The translations under genes were made by a program, and so were the position numbers. A stretch of 64,000 nucleotides of DNA from NCBI GenBank assembly GCA_963703315.1, contig OY969811.1, positions 64,001 to 128,000 of the forward strand. Reading direction: 5' to 3'. A model generated the notes under the pieces. The model saw nothing but the letters and a program-made list of their open reading frames with translations, ran no database searches and had not been told where the DNA came from. Origin of the DNA: an uncultured cyanobacterium. GTDB taxonomy: Bacteria > Cyanobacteriota > Cyanobacteriia > Pseudanabaenales > Pseudanabaenaceae. Every line of letters starts with the position of its first letter. Positions within the stretch are counted from its first letter, which is position 1. Positions 52,396 to 62,668 of this stretch are shown here, piece after piece.

Positions 52396-53013
52396 TTACC
52401 TAACTCCCAATAACTTATGGGTTTGGACACTCACCCGCCAATCTGGATGATTTAACACATATTCCAATAATAAATTCTTACTATTAGAAGTATTCCATTC
52501 CGCTTGTAAGTATTTCACTACATCGGTTTGAACTTTCTCAGCATTTTGCTCCGCCCAGATAAAATCTGATTCGTCTTTAACGATTACTTTTAATTCACTA
52601 ACTTGTTGATAGATACTTGCATGGGGATGTTTAAATTGCTTCGGTGAGAAGGTGACCCAATCAAAGTTACCACTAAAGGGATGGGAACCTGATGTCTCTA
52701 AATGCACTCGTAATCCTTTTGCTTTTAACTGTCCTGTTAGTTCTGTTAAATCATGCATTAATGGTTCTCCACCCGTAATCACCACGATCGCAGGATGAGC
52801 ATTTACAGCTTCGTTAACAAGATCGGCGATCGCAATTTCAGGATGTCTTTTGACATTCCAAGAAATTTTTGTATCGCACCAAGGACAACCGACATCACAT
52901 CCTGCAAGGCGAATAAAAAAAGCATTTGCTCCCATCCATGCGCCTTCTCCCTGCACTGAGTGGAAAGTTTCTACAACTGGTAAGTGCGTTAAAAAATGAT
53001 TAGATTGCTCCAT
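52396..53013 (-). CDS. queE: 7-carboxy-7-deazaguanine synthase (radical SAM)
   Basis: [33 protein letters not shown]. Confidence 0.95.
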   Translation of the reverse strand: MEQSNHFLTHLPVVETFHSVQGEGAWMGANAFFIRLAGCDVGCPWCDTKISWNVKRHPEIAIADLVNEAVNAHPAIVVITGGEPLMHDLTELTGQLKAKGLRVHLETSGSHPFSGNFDWVTFSPKQFKHPHASIYQQVSELKVIVKDESDFIWAEQNAEKVQTDVVKYLQAEWNTSNSKNLLLEYVLNHPDWRVSVQTHKLLGVR

Positions 53014-53039
53014 TACTCTCCTAAATTTAAAGCAAAATA

Positions 53040-53066
53040 TAGGGACAATTCATGAATTGTCCCTAC
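53040..53066 (-). repeat. GTAG-type REP palindrome
   Basis: Minus strand GTAGGGACAATTCATGAATTGTCCCTA. Confidence 0.7.
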
Positions 53067-53121
53067 GATGAAATGCAGGTTGCAACAGATTCTTACATCA
53101 GTCCTACATTAATCAAGTGGA

Positions 53122-54807
53122 TTAGAACAGATCTAAATCCGTCACAGCACCTTTGCTGCTAGTGGAAACAAGGGTAGCGTATTTAGCCAAAACACCTTTG
53201 GTGTAACGAGGTGCAGGAGGCTGCCAATTTGCACGGCGGGCAGCAAGCTCCTCATCGCTGACATTAAGTTGAATCAAGCGCTGATGAGCATCAATCGTAA
53301 TCGAGTCACCTTCATTTACTAAGGCGATCGCCCCACCAACAAAAGCTTCAGGAGCAACGTGACCGACCACCATGCCATAGGTTCCACCAGAGAAACGTCC
53401 ATCGGTGATTAAGCCAACCGAATCGCCTAAACCCGCACCGATAATTGCACTAGTTGGCGCTAACATTTCGCGCATCCCCGGTCCACCTTTAGGACCTTCA
53501 TAACGGATTACGAGAATGTCACCTGCATTAATCTTGTTATCAAGAATCGCCGCAAGGGAATCTTCTTCTGATTCAAAAACACGGGCAGGACCAGTGATGA
53601 TCGGATTCTTCACGCCAGAGATTTTGGCAACGGCTCCTTCTTCAGCAAGATTGCCTCTCAGAACGGCGAGATGTCCTTGCTTGTACATCGGACGATCCCA
53701 AGGACGGATCACATCTTGATCGGCGCGAGGCTCCGCAGGAATATCTTTGAGAACTTCCTCAACGGTTTGACCTGTGATCGTGATGCAGTCGCCATGTAAT
53801 AAGCCATGATCTAACAACATCTTCATGACTTGAGGAATACCACCTGCTTTATGGAGGTCAGTAGCAACATACTTTCCTGATGGCTTAAGGTCACAGAGTA
53901 CAGGAACACGCTCACGGATACGCTCGAAATCATCAAGGTTCCATTCAACTTCTGCGGAATGGGCGATCGCTAAGAAGTGTAAGACTGCATTTGTCGAACC
54001 ACCAACTGCCATCACAACGGAAATTGCATTTTCGATAGACTTACGAGTGATGATGTCGCGAGGCAGTAAATTATTACGAATTGCATTTACCAAAACAGTG
54101 CCAGCCAGTTCAGTATTAACTGCTTTTTCAGGAGCAACGGCGGACATCGTGGAGGAATACATCAAACTCATGCCCATTGCTTCAAAGGCGGAAGACATGG
54201 TGTTTGCCGTGTACATCCCTCCGCAAGAGCCAGCCCCAGGACAAGCATTGCGCTCAACTGAGTTGAGTCTGACTTCATCAATGCGACCTGCGCTATATTG
54301 ACCAACAGCTTCAAAGGAACTAACGACAGTCAAATCTTCGCCATCAAGATGCCCTGGTTCGATCGTACCGCCATAGACAAATAATGCGGGAATGTTCATT
54401 CTTGCCATCGCGATCATCGCCCCTGGCATATTCTTGTCACAGCCACCGATCGCTAAAACGCCATCCATGCTCTGACCAGTACAGGCAGTTTCAATGGAGT
54501 CTGCAATCACGTCACGGGAGACGAGGGAATATTTCATCCCCTCAGTTCCCATCGAAATCCCATCGCTGATCGTGATTGTGCCGAAAACTTGAGGCATCCC
54601 ATTAGCAGCGCGAATTCCTGCTTCAGCGCGGACGGCTAAGGGTGCAATCCCCATATTGCAAGGGGTAATCGTGCTGTGGGCGCTAGCGACACCGACAATG
54701 GGTTTTGTAAAATCTGAGTCTTGGAAACCAACGGCGCGTAACATGGCGCGGTTAGGCGATCGCTGAACGCCTTCGGTAATTGCACGACTTCTGCGATTGT
54801 CGGACAT
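53122..54807 (-). CDS. ilvD: Dihydroxy-acid dehydratase
   Basis: [43 protein letters not shown]. Confidence 0.98.
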   Translation of the reverse strand: MSDNRRSRAITEGVQRSPNRAMLRAVGFQDSDFTKPIVGVASAHSTITPCNMGIAPLAVRAEAGIRAANGMPQVFGTITISDGISMGTEGMKYSLVSRDVIADSIETACTGQSMDGVLAIGGCDKNMPGAMIAMARMNIPALFVYGGTIEPGHLDGEDLTVVSSFEAVGQYSAGRIDEVRLNSVERNACPGAGSCGGMYTANTMSSAFEAMGMSLMYSSTMSAVAPEKAVNTELAGTVLVNAIRNNLLPRDIITRKSIENAISVVMAVGGSTNAVLHFLAIAHSAEVEWNLDDFERIRERVPVLCDLKPSGKYVATDLHKAGGIPQVMKMLLDHGLLHGDCITITGQTVEEVLKDIPAEPRADQDVIRPWDRPMYKQGHLAVLRGNLAEEGAVAKISGVKNPIITGPARVFESEEDSLAAILDNKINAGDILVIRYEGPKGGPGMREMLAPTSAIIGAGLGDSVGLITDGRFSGGTYGMVVGHVAPEAFVGGAIALVNEGDSITIDAHQRLIQLNVSDEELAARRANWQPPAPRYTKGVLAKYATLVSTSSKGAVTDLDLF

Positions 54808-54878
54808 AGTTCAAATCTCTTTGTTAGCTTTAATCAACTACAACATTTTAGAATTTTTAGGTGACCATATCGCCAAAC

Positions 54879-54923
54879 ACCAATTTTTTGTGGCGCGGCT
54901 TTGCCGCGCCACAAAAAATTGGT
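54879..54923. repeat. Perfect palindrome, 21-bp arms, TTT loop
   Basis: accaattttttgtggcgcggc-ttt-gccgcgccacaaaaaattggt. Confidence 0.9.
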
Positions 54924-54990
54924 TCCTTATTGAGTGAGGTTAGGATGAGCATTCATCCTAACCTCAATAACTAGGAAGGTTTAATTATTT

Positions 54991-55065
54991 GTAGGATGCG
55001 TTAGTGCAACGTAACGCATCAATTGGGTAAAGATGATGGGTTACGCTATCGCTAACCCATCCTAC
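54991..55065. repeat. Inverted pair of GTAG-type REPs (REPIN/BIME-like)
   Basis: GTAG-GATGCGTTA-n8-TAACGCATC ... GATGGGTTA-n9-TAACCCATC-CTAC. Confidence 0.8.
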
Positions 55066-55142
55066 ATTTAATTTCAACAACCTACTTAAAAGCTATCATT
55101 TAGGGACGCGCAGTAAAATAAAGAACTCTTAGTTTGCTTAAT

Positions 55143-57446
55143 ATGTCCTTAACAAATTGGCACATTTTAGAAGCAGTTGAACCGCCGACTTGGTTAAATG
55201 AAAAAGTGGGCAAATTTGCAGCACGGTTACTTGTGCAAAGGGAAATAATTGAGCCTAAACAAGTAGCATCTTTTTTATCTGCCGTAGACTATCAACCCAC
55301 TAGTGCTTTTGAATTTCCTGAAATGCGTCAGGCGATCGCTCGCATCCAACAGGCTTATGAACAGGGAGAACAGATTGCGATTTGGGGGGATTTTGATGCA
55401 GATGGGATTACGGCAACATCAGTATTGTGGGAAGGCTTAGGACAATTTTTTGCTCAAGGCGATCGCTTAGTTTTCTATATTCCCGATCGCCTTAAGGAAT
55501 CACATGGCATTTCGATTAGAGGCTTAGATGAACTGCGATCGCAATATGAAGCATCAGGAAAAAATCTAAATCTCATTATTACCTGCGATACGGGTAGTAC
55601 TAGTTTAGAGGCGATTAATTATGCCCATGAACTAGGAATCGATGTCATTGTGACGGATCATCACACCCTACCCGATGAACGTCCAAACGTAGTGGCAATT
55701 ATTAATCCGCGCTATTTAGCTAATGCACATCCATTGTTCCATTTATCAGGTGTCGCTGTTGCGTATAAATTAATGGAAGCCCTCTATGAAACTCTTCCTG
55801 AAGTACCGAAGCAACCCTTAGAGGATTTATTGGATCTAGTGGCAATCGGTTTAGTTGCCGATCTAGTCAGGCTGACGGGAGACTGTCGCTATCTTGCTCA
55901 AAAGGGAATTGATGTACTACGGCAAAAGAAGCGGCTGGGTGTACAAATGCTATTAGATCAATGTAAACGAGTTGGCGATCGCCCGATTGATATTAGTTTT
56001 GGCATTGCCCCGCGTATTAATGCGGTCAGTCGCATCTGGGGCGATGTCCGCAAATGTGTGGAACTCCTCACCACCCGTGATGAAAAGGTTTGCAAGTCAC
56101 TGATTGAACAAACGGAACTAGCGAATACACAGCGTAAAGCTTTACAAAAGAAAGTTTTTAAACAGGTACAAGCCAAAATTGAGAAGCTCGATCTTTCCAC
56201 AACAGGCATTATTCTGCTGGCTGATCCACAATGGTCGGTGGGCGTTTTGGGCTTAGTGGCTGGTCAGGTAGTTGCAGAATATGGTCGTCCAACAATTCTC
56301 TGTACAGTTGAGGATGGTGTCGCTAAGGGCAGTGCGCGATCACTGGAGGGGATTAATCTCTATGATCTGCTGAAAGGTCAGGAACATTTACTATTGAGCT
56401 TCGGTGGTCATCCCCTCGCAGGTGGTCTAAGTTTTCAGATGGAGAATTTGCAAGTCTTAACTGAGGCGATCGATCAGAGGTTTTGGAGTCAATATGGACA
56501 GTTGCAGAGCAAGGTAATTAATGTTGATTTGGAAGTGTCAATCTCTGATTTAGACAAAGAATTATTTAACGAATTACGACAATTGGAACCCTTTGGCATG
56601 GGTAATCCTTATCCTCGATTACTATTGCGCGATTGCCAGTTTTCAGATATATCCAATGCGAATATTCGGACTGCCAAAGGACAGAAAGTTGAATATATCA
56701 AAACGGAATTTACCTTAAGCGATCGCCAAGGCAATCAGATCTATGGCGATTGGTGGGGGCATTATAGTTACGAGTTACCTGATACACCCTGCGATGTGGT
56801 GATTGAATTAGTTGATAATGCTTTTCGTCGTCGCTATGATGCTCGTTTGATTGACTTCCACGCTCAGAGCGCACCGCTTAGCGCCGATGCACCTGCGCTG
56901 GCATCGACTTCTATCAAAAGTTCTAAAAGCGCTAATTTCGCGAATCTCCAAATTATTGATTTGCGAGGTCGTGATGCAATGGAACTTGAGGATCATCAAG
57001 CAGCAACTATTTGCGATCGCTGTCCGCAGAGTTGGCAAGATGTCAACCTGATCATTGATCACGCCCATGAAGCTAATCAGGCGATCGCCTTAGTCTATCC
57101 ATATCCTCAAAAGATTAGTGGTGAGGAGGTATGGCAAACTTTGGTGGGAATTGCCAAATATCTTAGTCGGACAGGTAAAGAGATTAGGCGATCGCAGTTA
57201 ATCGCTAAGTTAGGAATTGATGAGCAATCTGTCTTGCAGATTGGGTTTGAGGAGCTGCAACAATATGGCTATGTTGTACATTTTGTTGATGATGAGTTAA
57301 ATAATACAGAAACCAAAATACGCATAAGTTCGATTTTGCCAACCGATCATGTATCAACAATACCTAAGCAGTTTATCCAAGCCGTAAATGAATTGCTTTT
57401 TCAGCAACAGTTTTTTGATTGCCAATTAATTTCACTAAGTGGCTAG
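55143..57446 (+). CDS. recJ: Single-stranded-DNA exonuclease with cyanobacterial C-terminal extension
   Basis: GDFDADG, TCDTG, TDHH, PRINA, GSARS, GGH, LEPFGMGNP. Confidence 0.95.
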   Translation: MSLTNWHILEAVEPPTWLNEKVGKFAARLLVQREIIEPKQVASFLSAVDYQPTSAFEFPEMRQAIARIQQAYEQGEQIAIWGDFDADGITATSVLWEGLGQFFAQGDRLVFYIPDRLKESHGISIRGLDELRSQYEASGKNLNLIITCDTGSTSLEAINYAHELGIDVIVTDHHTLPDERPNVVAIINPRYLANAHPLFHLSGVAVAYKLMEALYETLPEVPKQPLEDLLDLVAIGLVADLVRLTGDCRYLAQKGIDVLRQKKRLGVQMLLDQCKRVGDRPIDISFGIAPRINAVSRIWGDVRKCVELLTTRDEKVCKSLIEQTELANTQRKALQKKVFKQVQAKIEKLDLSTTGIILLADPQWSVGVLGLVAGQVVAEYGRPTILCTVEDGVAKGSARSLEGINLYDLLKGQEHLLLSFGGHPLAGGLSFQMENLQVLTEAIDQRFWSQYGQLQSKVINVDLEVSISDLDKELFNELRQLEPFGMGNPYPRLLLRDCQFSDISNANIRTAKGQKVEYIKTEFTLSDRQGNQIYGDWWGHYSYELPDTPCDVVIELVDNAFRRRYDARLIDFHAQSAPLSADAPALASTSIKSSKSANFANLQIIDLRGRDAMELEDHQAATICDRCPQSWQDVNLIIDHAHEANQAIALVYPYPQKISGEEVWQTLVGIAKYLSRTGKEIRRSQLIAKLGIDEQSVLQIGFEELQQYGYVVHFVDDELNNTETKIRISSILPTDHVSTIPKQFIQAVNELLFQQQFFDCQLISLSG

Positions 57447-57571
57447 GAGCAAAATAAAAAGCCCAAAAAACTATGGCGCACGCACAGCGTGCGCCCCAGT
57501 TTTTTGGGCTTATATTGTGAAAACCGCTATAACCGCTATATTTGAATAAGAGTGAGATCAAGGTTTTTTAA

Positions 57572-58111
57572 ATGGCTAAGTTTTACGATCGCATTACGCC
57601 CGAACTCCAAAACTTCATCGAAGCACAACATATTTTCTTTGTGGCAACGGCTCCCCACAATGGGCGCGTCAATCTATCGCCTAAAGGAATGGATGCTTTG
57701 CGCGTGATTAATGAGTCCGAAATTGCCTATCTCGACCTCACAGGAAGCGGCAACGAAACGGCTGCCCATCTTCTCGAAAATGGCAGAATTACGATCATGC
57801 TATGTAGCTTTACGAACAAGCCTTTAATTTTCCGTCTCTATGGTCAAGGTGAAGCAATTCGTCCTAGAGATCCTCAATGGCAAGAATATCTATCCCTATT
57901 TCCTGCGATCGCTGGTACTCGTCAAATCATTCGGGTCAAAGTGGAAACTGTGCAAACATCCTGTGGATATGCAGTCCCATTTTATGAATTTACAGGCGAT
58001 CGACCTACTTTACAGGAATGGGCTGAGAAGAAAGGCGAGGAAGGTGTGTATGCCTATTGGCAAGAAAAAAATCAGCACAGCATTGATGGTTTGCCCACCA
58101 AGCTTCTATAG
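57572..58111 (+). CDS. Pyridoxamine 5'-phosphate oxidase-like FMN-binding protein
   Basis: FFVATAP, NLSPKG, YLDLTGSGNET, QTSCG. Confidence 0.88.
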   Translation: MAKFYDRITPELQNFIEAQHIFFVATAPHNGRVNLSPKGMDALRVINESEIAYLDLTGSGNETAAHLLENGRITIMLCSFTNKPLIFRLYGQGEAIRPRDPQWQEYLSLFPAIAGTRQIIRVKVETVQTSCGYAVPFYEFTGDRPTLQEWAEKKGEEGVYAYWQEKNQHSIDGLPTKLL

Positions 58112-58233
58112 CAATGCAAACTTTAAGTAAGTGAAAATCTACTAATAGCGTAAGGAATAATTTTTGTTGAGCTTTTACCGCTAAATGTGAGTTAAGGTAT
58201 TATCTGACTCAACGTTAAAATAAAAGCATTCTT

Positions 58234-61200
58234 ATGGTGCAAGAACTCAAATTGATCTCTAAAGAGGTCAGATTCCCCGATAGCGCTCCTGCTGCTTATC
58301 CTGTATTTTTTAGGACATATAGCCGTAAATATAATAACAAACGCGAAAGCTGGGCTGAAGTATGCGATCGCACACTTACAGGTTTAAAAAAGCTAGGCAA
58401 GCTCACCGATGAACAAGTTGCGCTGATCGACAAGATGCAAAAGCAGCTTAAGTCCCTCACCTCTGGGCGTTGGCTGTGGGTTGGTGGCACTGAATGGGTT
58501 GATCGTCCCGAAAATTTCTCTGGCTCCTATAACTGCACTAGCACCAATGTGATCGACTGGCGCTCCTTTGGCTTGATGATGGATCTCGCCATGCAAGGAT
58601 CTGGCACTGGTGGCGTATTAGAGCCGCAGTACATTAGCCAATTGCCTGTAATTCGTAATCAGTTGCAAGTAAATGTGGTTGGTGCGATCGGTGCAACACC
58701 TGTTGATCAGCGCCGCCACAATACCGAAGTCGAATTTGACTATGCCAATAATGCCGTCAAGTTTTGGGTCGGCGATAGCCGTCAAGGTTGGGTCAAGTCC
58801 TATCAATCTCTGCTCGAACTCTCTAGTAACGAACAGTTTGATTGTACCAAACCCGTCCAAATTACCGTTGATCTCAGCGATGTGCGCCCCAGTGGTGAAG
58901 CCCTCAAAGGGTTCGGCGGCATGGCAAATCCTGTCAAGTTGCCTACGCTCTACGATCGCTGCGCCAATATTTTAAATAAAGCGATCGGTCGTCAACTCAC
59001 CTCAGTCGAGTGCTGCTTGTTGATTGATGAAGCCGCAGTTTGTATCGTAGCTGGTAACATCCGTCGCAGTGCGGGCATGAGGCAATTTTTGTCTGAAGAT
59101 GCTTTAGGCTCTGTTGCGAAAGATAATCTTTGGCAGCAGGATGAAGCAGGTAATTGGAGAATTGATCCTGAACGTGATGCTTTGAGAATGAGTAATCACA
59201 CGAGAGTATTCCATCGTAAACCCACTGAACAGGAATGTGTAGATGCCGTTCGCAAGCAATACTATTCGGGTGAAGGTGCGATTCAATGGGCGGGTGAAGC
59301 GATTGTTCGTTCCAATGCCGATTTACTATCAACTCCTGAATTAAAAAAACAGTTCTTAAAGGCTTATGAACTCAATGAAGCAAAATCTTGGTTTCAGAAA
59401 AATTATCCTGAGATTGATGAACGTGAACTTGAGCATCGTCTTCAAAGATTTGGTCTGAACCCCTGTCATTCTGGTGATACTTTAGTATCCACCAATCAAG
59501 GTCTTGTCCCGATTTCCGAGCTTGTAGGTCAGCAGTTTCAAGCCCTTGTTGATCTTCGTTCAGTTGGTTTAGAAGGTGTACGACTAACTGATGCGATCGC
59601 TTTCCCCACTGGAGTACAGACAACCTATCAAGTCACACTAGCTAATGGGATGCAAATGCGCTGTACCGCAGAGCATCAACATTTCACAGATAAAGGATGG
59701 ATTGCCACCAAAGACTTAACCGCAGATCACAAAGTTCTGATTCAAAAAGGGCAAGGAAACTTTGGACAAAGTAGTATCTCGGCTGAACAAGCGCAGATGC
59801 TGGGCTGGTTGTATGGTGATGGCTCTATTTATCAGCAGCCTCGCGGTCTAAATGCTGTTTTCTATATTAATCAAACGGAATATGCAGAAACGTTCCCAGT
59901 ATTGAGTGCAGCAGTAAAATCGCTAACTGGTTATGAACATCAGCCAAGTTTGGTCAAAGGTGTTTATACCTTTCACACAGGAGCGCCAGAAATTCGTCAA
60001 TTCTTTGAAGAACTTAAAATCACTTCTAAGCAGAGTTTACCTGCTAGTTTCTTTGGTCAATCTAAAGAAACCATTATCGGATTTTTACAAGGATTGTTCT
60101 GTGCTGATGGTGCTGTAAGTATTAAAGCCCGACATATTGATCTAGTAAGTCAATCCCGTACATTACTAACCCAAATTCAACTGCTCCTATTAAATTTGGG
60201 TATTCGGAGCAGCGTTCGCCAAAAGATTAAGCCTGATTCTTCGGGAATTCCCTATCGTCTAAAAGATGGTACTGAGAAAGTCAGTCAAAATCGGGGTGCT
60301 TGGCGCTTGTTAGTCTATCGTGGTGAAGCCAAAAAGTTTGCAGAACAGATTGGATTTCCTCTTTCATCGGAGAAACAACAAAAATTACAGCAATTTGTTG
60401 ATTGGCAATCATCTCGAACCTATTCTGACAAAGTTCAGGACAGTTGGTTCTCCGCTTCTGTTGAAAGCATTGTAGAATATGGAGAAGAAGCAGTCTATGA
60501 TCTTCATGTTCCTTTAACCCATTCTTTTATTGCTAATGGCTGTATTACTCACAACTGTGGTGAGATTTTAGGGGCGAATTTTCACTGCAATTTATCTGAA
60601 ATTCATCTGAACCAACTCAATCCTCGTAATGAGAAAGAACAGGAAGAAGCCTTTAAAGCAGGTGCTTTGTCGGTTGCAGCTTTGCTCAATCATCGCTTCA
60701 ATGAAGAACGCTATCAATTTAGCCGTGATGTCGATCCGATTGTGGGCGTATCTTTTACAGGACTATTTGACTTCTTCGTTCATGCCTTTGGTGTGGAATG
60801 GTTGCGCTGGTTTGAGGCGGGTCGTCCTGACACTGTGCAAGGTCTAGACTTTAAAGAGAAAGAAGCCGATTATCTGAATCGCTGGCGTGAGATTGTGCAT
60901 CAGACGGTTTGGGAATATTGCGACGCGCATGGTTTACGCCGCCCGAATCGTTGCACGACGACTCAGCCAGCAGGCACGAAATCTTTGCTGACTGGGGCTT
61001 CCCCAGGGTGGCATCCACCGAAGGCACAGCGCTTTATCCGTCGGATTACTTTCCGTAAGGAAGATCCTGTGGCACGGGCTTGTATGGACTATGGCTATAG
61101 CATCATTCCTTCGCAATCGGACAAGGATGAGAATGGACAATTGCTCAACGATCCCTTCGATCCGAGATGTACGGAATGGCTGGTGGAGATTCCTGTGAGC

Positions 61201-61629
61201 GTGTCTTGGGCTGACCTTGACGGTGCTGATAAGGTGGACATCAGTAAGTTCGATGTGATGGCGCAGTTTGATTTCTATATGCAGGTGCAGAAGCATTACA
61301 CTCGTCATAATACTTCCGCAACCTTGGAGTTACGGGAGCATGAAATCGAGCCTTTAGGGAAGAAGATTTACGAAGCGATTCGTGATGATGAGGGTTATAT
61401 ATCGGCGGCGCTGTTGGCGCGTTTTGATGACCTGCAAACTTTCCCTCGCTTGCCTTTTGAGCCAATCGATAAGGCTACTTATGAGAAGCTCACTGCTGAG
61501 GTGCTAGAACGTCGCCAGTCTGATGATTTTTACGCGAGTTTGTTGCGTTATGATTCGGGTGAGTTGATGGATGCGGGGCCTGCGGGTTGCGATTCTGATA
61601 AGTGTATGTTTCCTGAACAGAAGCCATAG
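58234..61629 (+). CDS. nrdJ: Class II (adenosylcobalamin-dependent) ribonucleotide reductase, intein-containing
   Basis: SGRWLW, YNC, VAGNIRRSA, NP/CGE split by an intein, QPAGTKS, C-terminal GCDSDKC. Confidence 0.95.
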   Translation: MVQELKLISKEVRFPDSAPAAYPVFFRTYSRKYNNKRESWAEVCDRTLTGLKKLGKLTDEQVALIDKMQKQLKSLTSGRWLWVGGTEWVDRPENFSGSYNCTSTNVIDWRSFGLMMDLAMQGSGTGGVLEPQYISQLPVIRNQLQVNVVGAIGATPVDQRRHNTEVEFDYANNAVKFWVGDSRQGWVKSYQSLLELSSNEQFDCTKPVQITVDLSDVRPSGEALKGFGGMANPVKLPTLYDRCANILNKAIGRQLTSVECCLLIDEAAVCIVAGNIRRSAGMRQFLSEDALGSVAKDNLWQQDEAGNWRIDPERDALRMSNHTRVFHRKPTEQECVDAVRKQYYSGEGAIQWAGEAIVRSNADLLSTPELKKQFLKAYELNEAKSWFQKNYPEIDERELEHRLQRFGLNPCHSGDTLVSTNQGLVPISELVGQQFQALVDLRSVGLEGVRLTDAIAFPTGVQTTYQVTLANGMQMRCTAEHQHFTDKGWIATKDLTADHKVLIQKGQGNFGQSSISAEQAQMLGWLYGDGSIYQQPRGLNAVFYINQTEYAETFPVLSAAVKSLTGYEHQPSLVKGVYTFHTGAPEIRQFFEELKITSKQSLPASFFGQSKETIIGFLQGLFCADGAVSIKARHIDLVSQSRTLLTQIQLLLLNLGIRSSVRQKIKPDSSGIPYRLKDGTEKVSQNRGAWRLLVYRGEAKKFAEQIGFPLSSEKQQKLQQFVDWQSSRTYSDKVQDSWFSASVESIVEYGEEAVYDLHVPLTHSFIANGCITHNCGEILGANFHCNLSEIHLNQLNPRNEKEQEEAFKAGALSVAALLNHRFNEERYQFSRDVDPIVGVSFTGLFDFFVHAFGVEWLRWFEAGRPDTVQGLDFKEKEADYLNRWREIVHQTVWEYCDAHGLRRPNRCTTTQPAGTKSLLTGASPGWHPPKAQRFIRRITFRKEDPVARACMDYGYSIIPSQSDKDENGQLLNDPFDPRCTEWLVEIPVSVSWADLDGADKVDISKFDVMAQFDFYMQVQKHYTRHNTSATLELREHEIEPLGKKIYEAIRDDEGYISAALLARFDDLQTFPRLPFEPIDKATYEKLTAEVLERRQSDDFYASLLRYDSGELMDAGPAGCDSDKCMFPEQKP
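59464..60555 (+). mobile_element. Intein (364 aa) with LAGLIDADG homing endonuclease
   Basis: Begins CHSGDT after GLNP; block B CTAEH; LGWLYGDG and FLQGLFCADG; ends VYDL..HSFIANG..THN before +1 Cys. Confidence 0.95.
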
Positions 61630-61655
61630 GAGCGTTCTAACACAATGATTTATTT

Positions 61656-61690
61656 AGGTAATTAGGAAGAAACTTTCTTTCTAATTACCT
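61656..61690 (+). terminator. Hairpin between nrdJ and the AT-rich module
   Basis: aggtaattaggaagaaa-c-tttctttctaattacct. Confidence 0.55.
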
Positions 61691-61709
61691 GTAAATATAA
61701 ACTTTAGGT

Positions 61710-62603
61710 ATGATGATAAATAACATGATAACTGGCAGAAGAAACCTTTTTAACAGAATTATCTTAGGGTTTAAGCAGAAGCCTCTGAAGTTTTTTTTTA
61801 ATAGCTTTGTAGCTTACGCATCTATTTGGACTATCTTAGAACCTCTTTTAGGTATTGTCCCAGCAGCAGTGCAATATCTTTCTGGAGAGTTAAAATTTGT
61901 TGCGTTACTTTTTATTAGTATTCTAATTGGTTTATACAGAAGCGCTGTTCCAGTAGATTTATCTATACGATATGGAAATTCAGTAATAAAAATTTTATTT
62001 GGTGACTTGTTTGCGTTTGATGGTATTACAGCTATTCCAGTAAGTAGGCATTTTTTTGAAACAGAAGTTGTAACTAGTAGCTTACAACACAAGGTTATTC
62101 AGTCTTTTGTGCAAAGTCAAGAAGGTACAAAAGGTTTTGATGTTTATGAGAAGAGATTATCTCTTGCTCTTGAGAATGAATCATACAAAGAGATCTACAG
62201 AGGTAACACTCAGATTCCAGAGAAATATTATTCACTTGGAGCTAGTGCTGTTCTAGATATAAAAGGTCAAGACTATTTACTATTCGCTCTTACTGAAAGT
62301 GAGTTAAAGGGATATATCCCTAGCGATAATTGTAATGTCTCGAAAATGTGGACTGCCTTAGAAGTTTTTTGGAGGGCAGCAAGAATACATTCACGGGGAA
62401 ATCCAGTAAATATTCCTTTGATTGGAAGTGGTGTTACAGGAATTCGATTAAATCCTCGCCAAATTTTGGAGTTGAATTTACTGGCGATTTCTAACGCGAT
62501 TGAAGAAGCAGGAAAAATTACTACTGAAGAAATTAGAATAATTCTTCACCCTAAATATATTGATATTCTTAATCTAAATGACTTTCAAAGCTTATGGAAA
62601 TAG
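61710..62603 (+). CDS. Two-TM + Macro-like domain protein (type II Thoeris ThsA-like)
   Basis: Two N-terminal hydrophobic helices, then IKILFGDLF, AIPV..FF, Y.LG, LLFALT, VNIPLIGSG.TGI. Confidence 0.65.
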   Translation: MMINNMITGRRNLFNRIILGFKQKPLKFFFNSFVAYASIWTILEPLLGIVPAAVQYLSGELKFVALLFISILIGLYRSAVPVDLSIRYGNSVIKILFGDLFAFDGITAIPVSRHFFETEVVTSSLQHKVIQSFVQSQEGTKGFDVYEKRLSLALENESYKEIYRGNTQIPEKYYSLGASAVLDIKGQDYLLFALTESELKGYIPSDNCNVSKMWTALEVFWRAARIHSRGNPVNIPLIGSGVTGIRLNPRQILELNLLAISNAIEEAGKITTEEIRIILHPKYIDILNLNDFQSLWK

Positions 62604-62668
62604 TTTCATAATATTTCTTGCATCTAGTTTTGTTTTTTGTAACTCATTCAAAATCTTGGTAAATATAT

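Larger units (their letters stand above)
1..59600. repeat. HIP1 octamer GCGATCGC, highly iterated
   Basis: Very frequent in native genes (e.g. 305, 1187, 1497, 2776); not seen in psbA, ISAs1, 12743-13777 or beyond 59600. Confidence 0.95.

Noticed and set aside
51710..53013. queE-queC as a 7-deazaguanine DNA-modification (dpd) system
   Set aside because: No dpdA/TGT-like gene nearby; native HIP1 content and housekeeping context fit ordinary queuosine synthesis
1338..57512. Recurrent palindromes as a CRISPR array
   Set aside because: They are dispersed singly, arms differ, there is no regular repeat-spacer periodicity, and no cas genes are present
11268..61629. Functional clustering of cob genes with the B12-dependent nrdJ, or a cobalamin riboswitch
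   Set aside because: They are over 40 kb apart, and I could not recognise a riboswitch upstream of either
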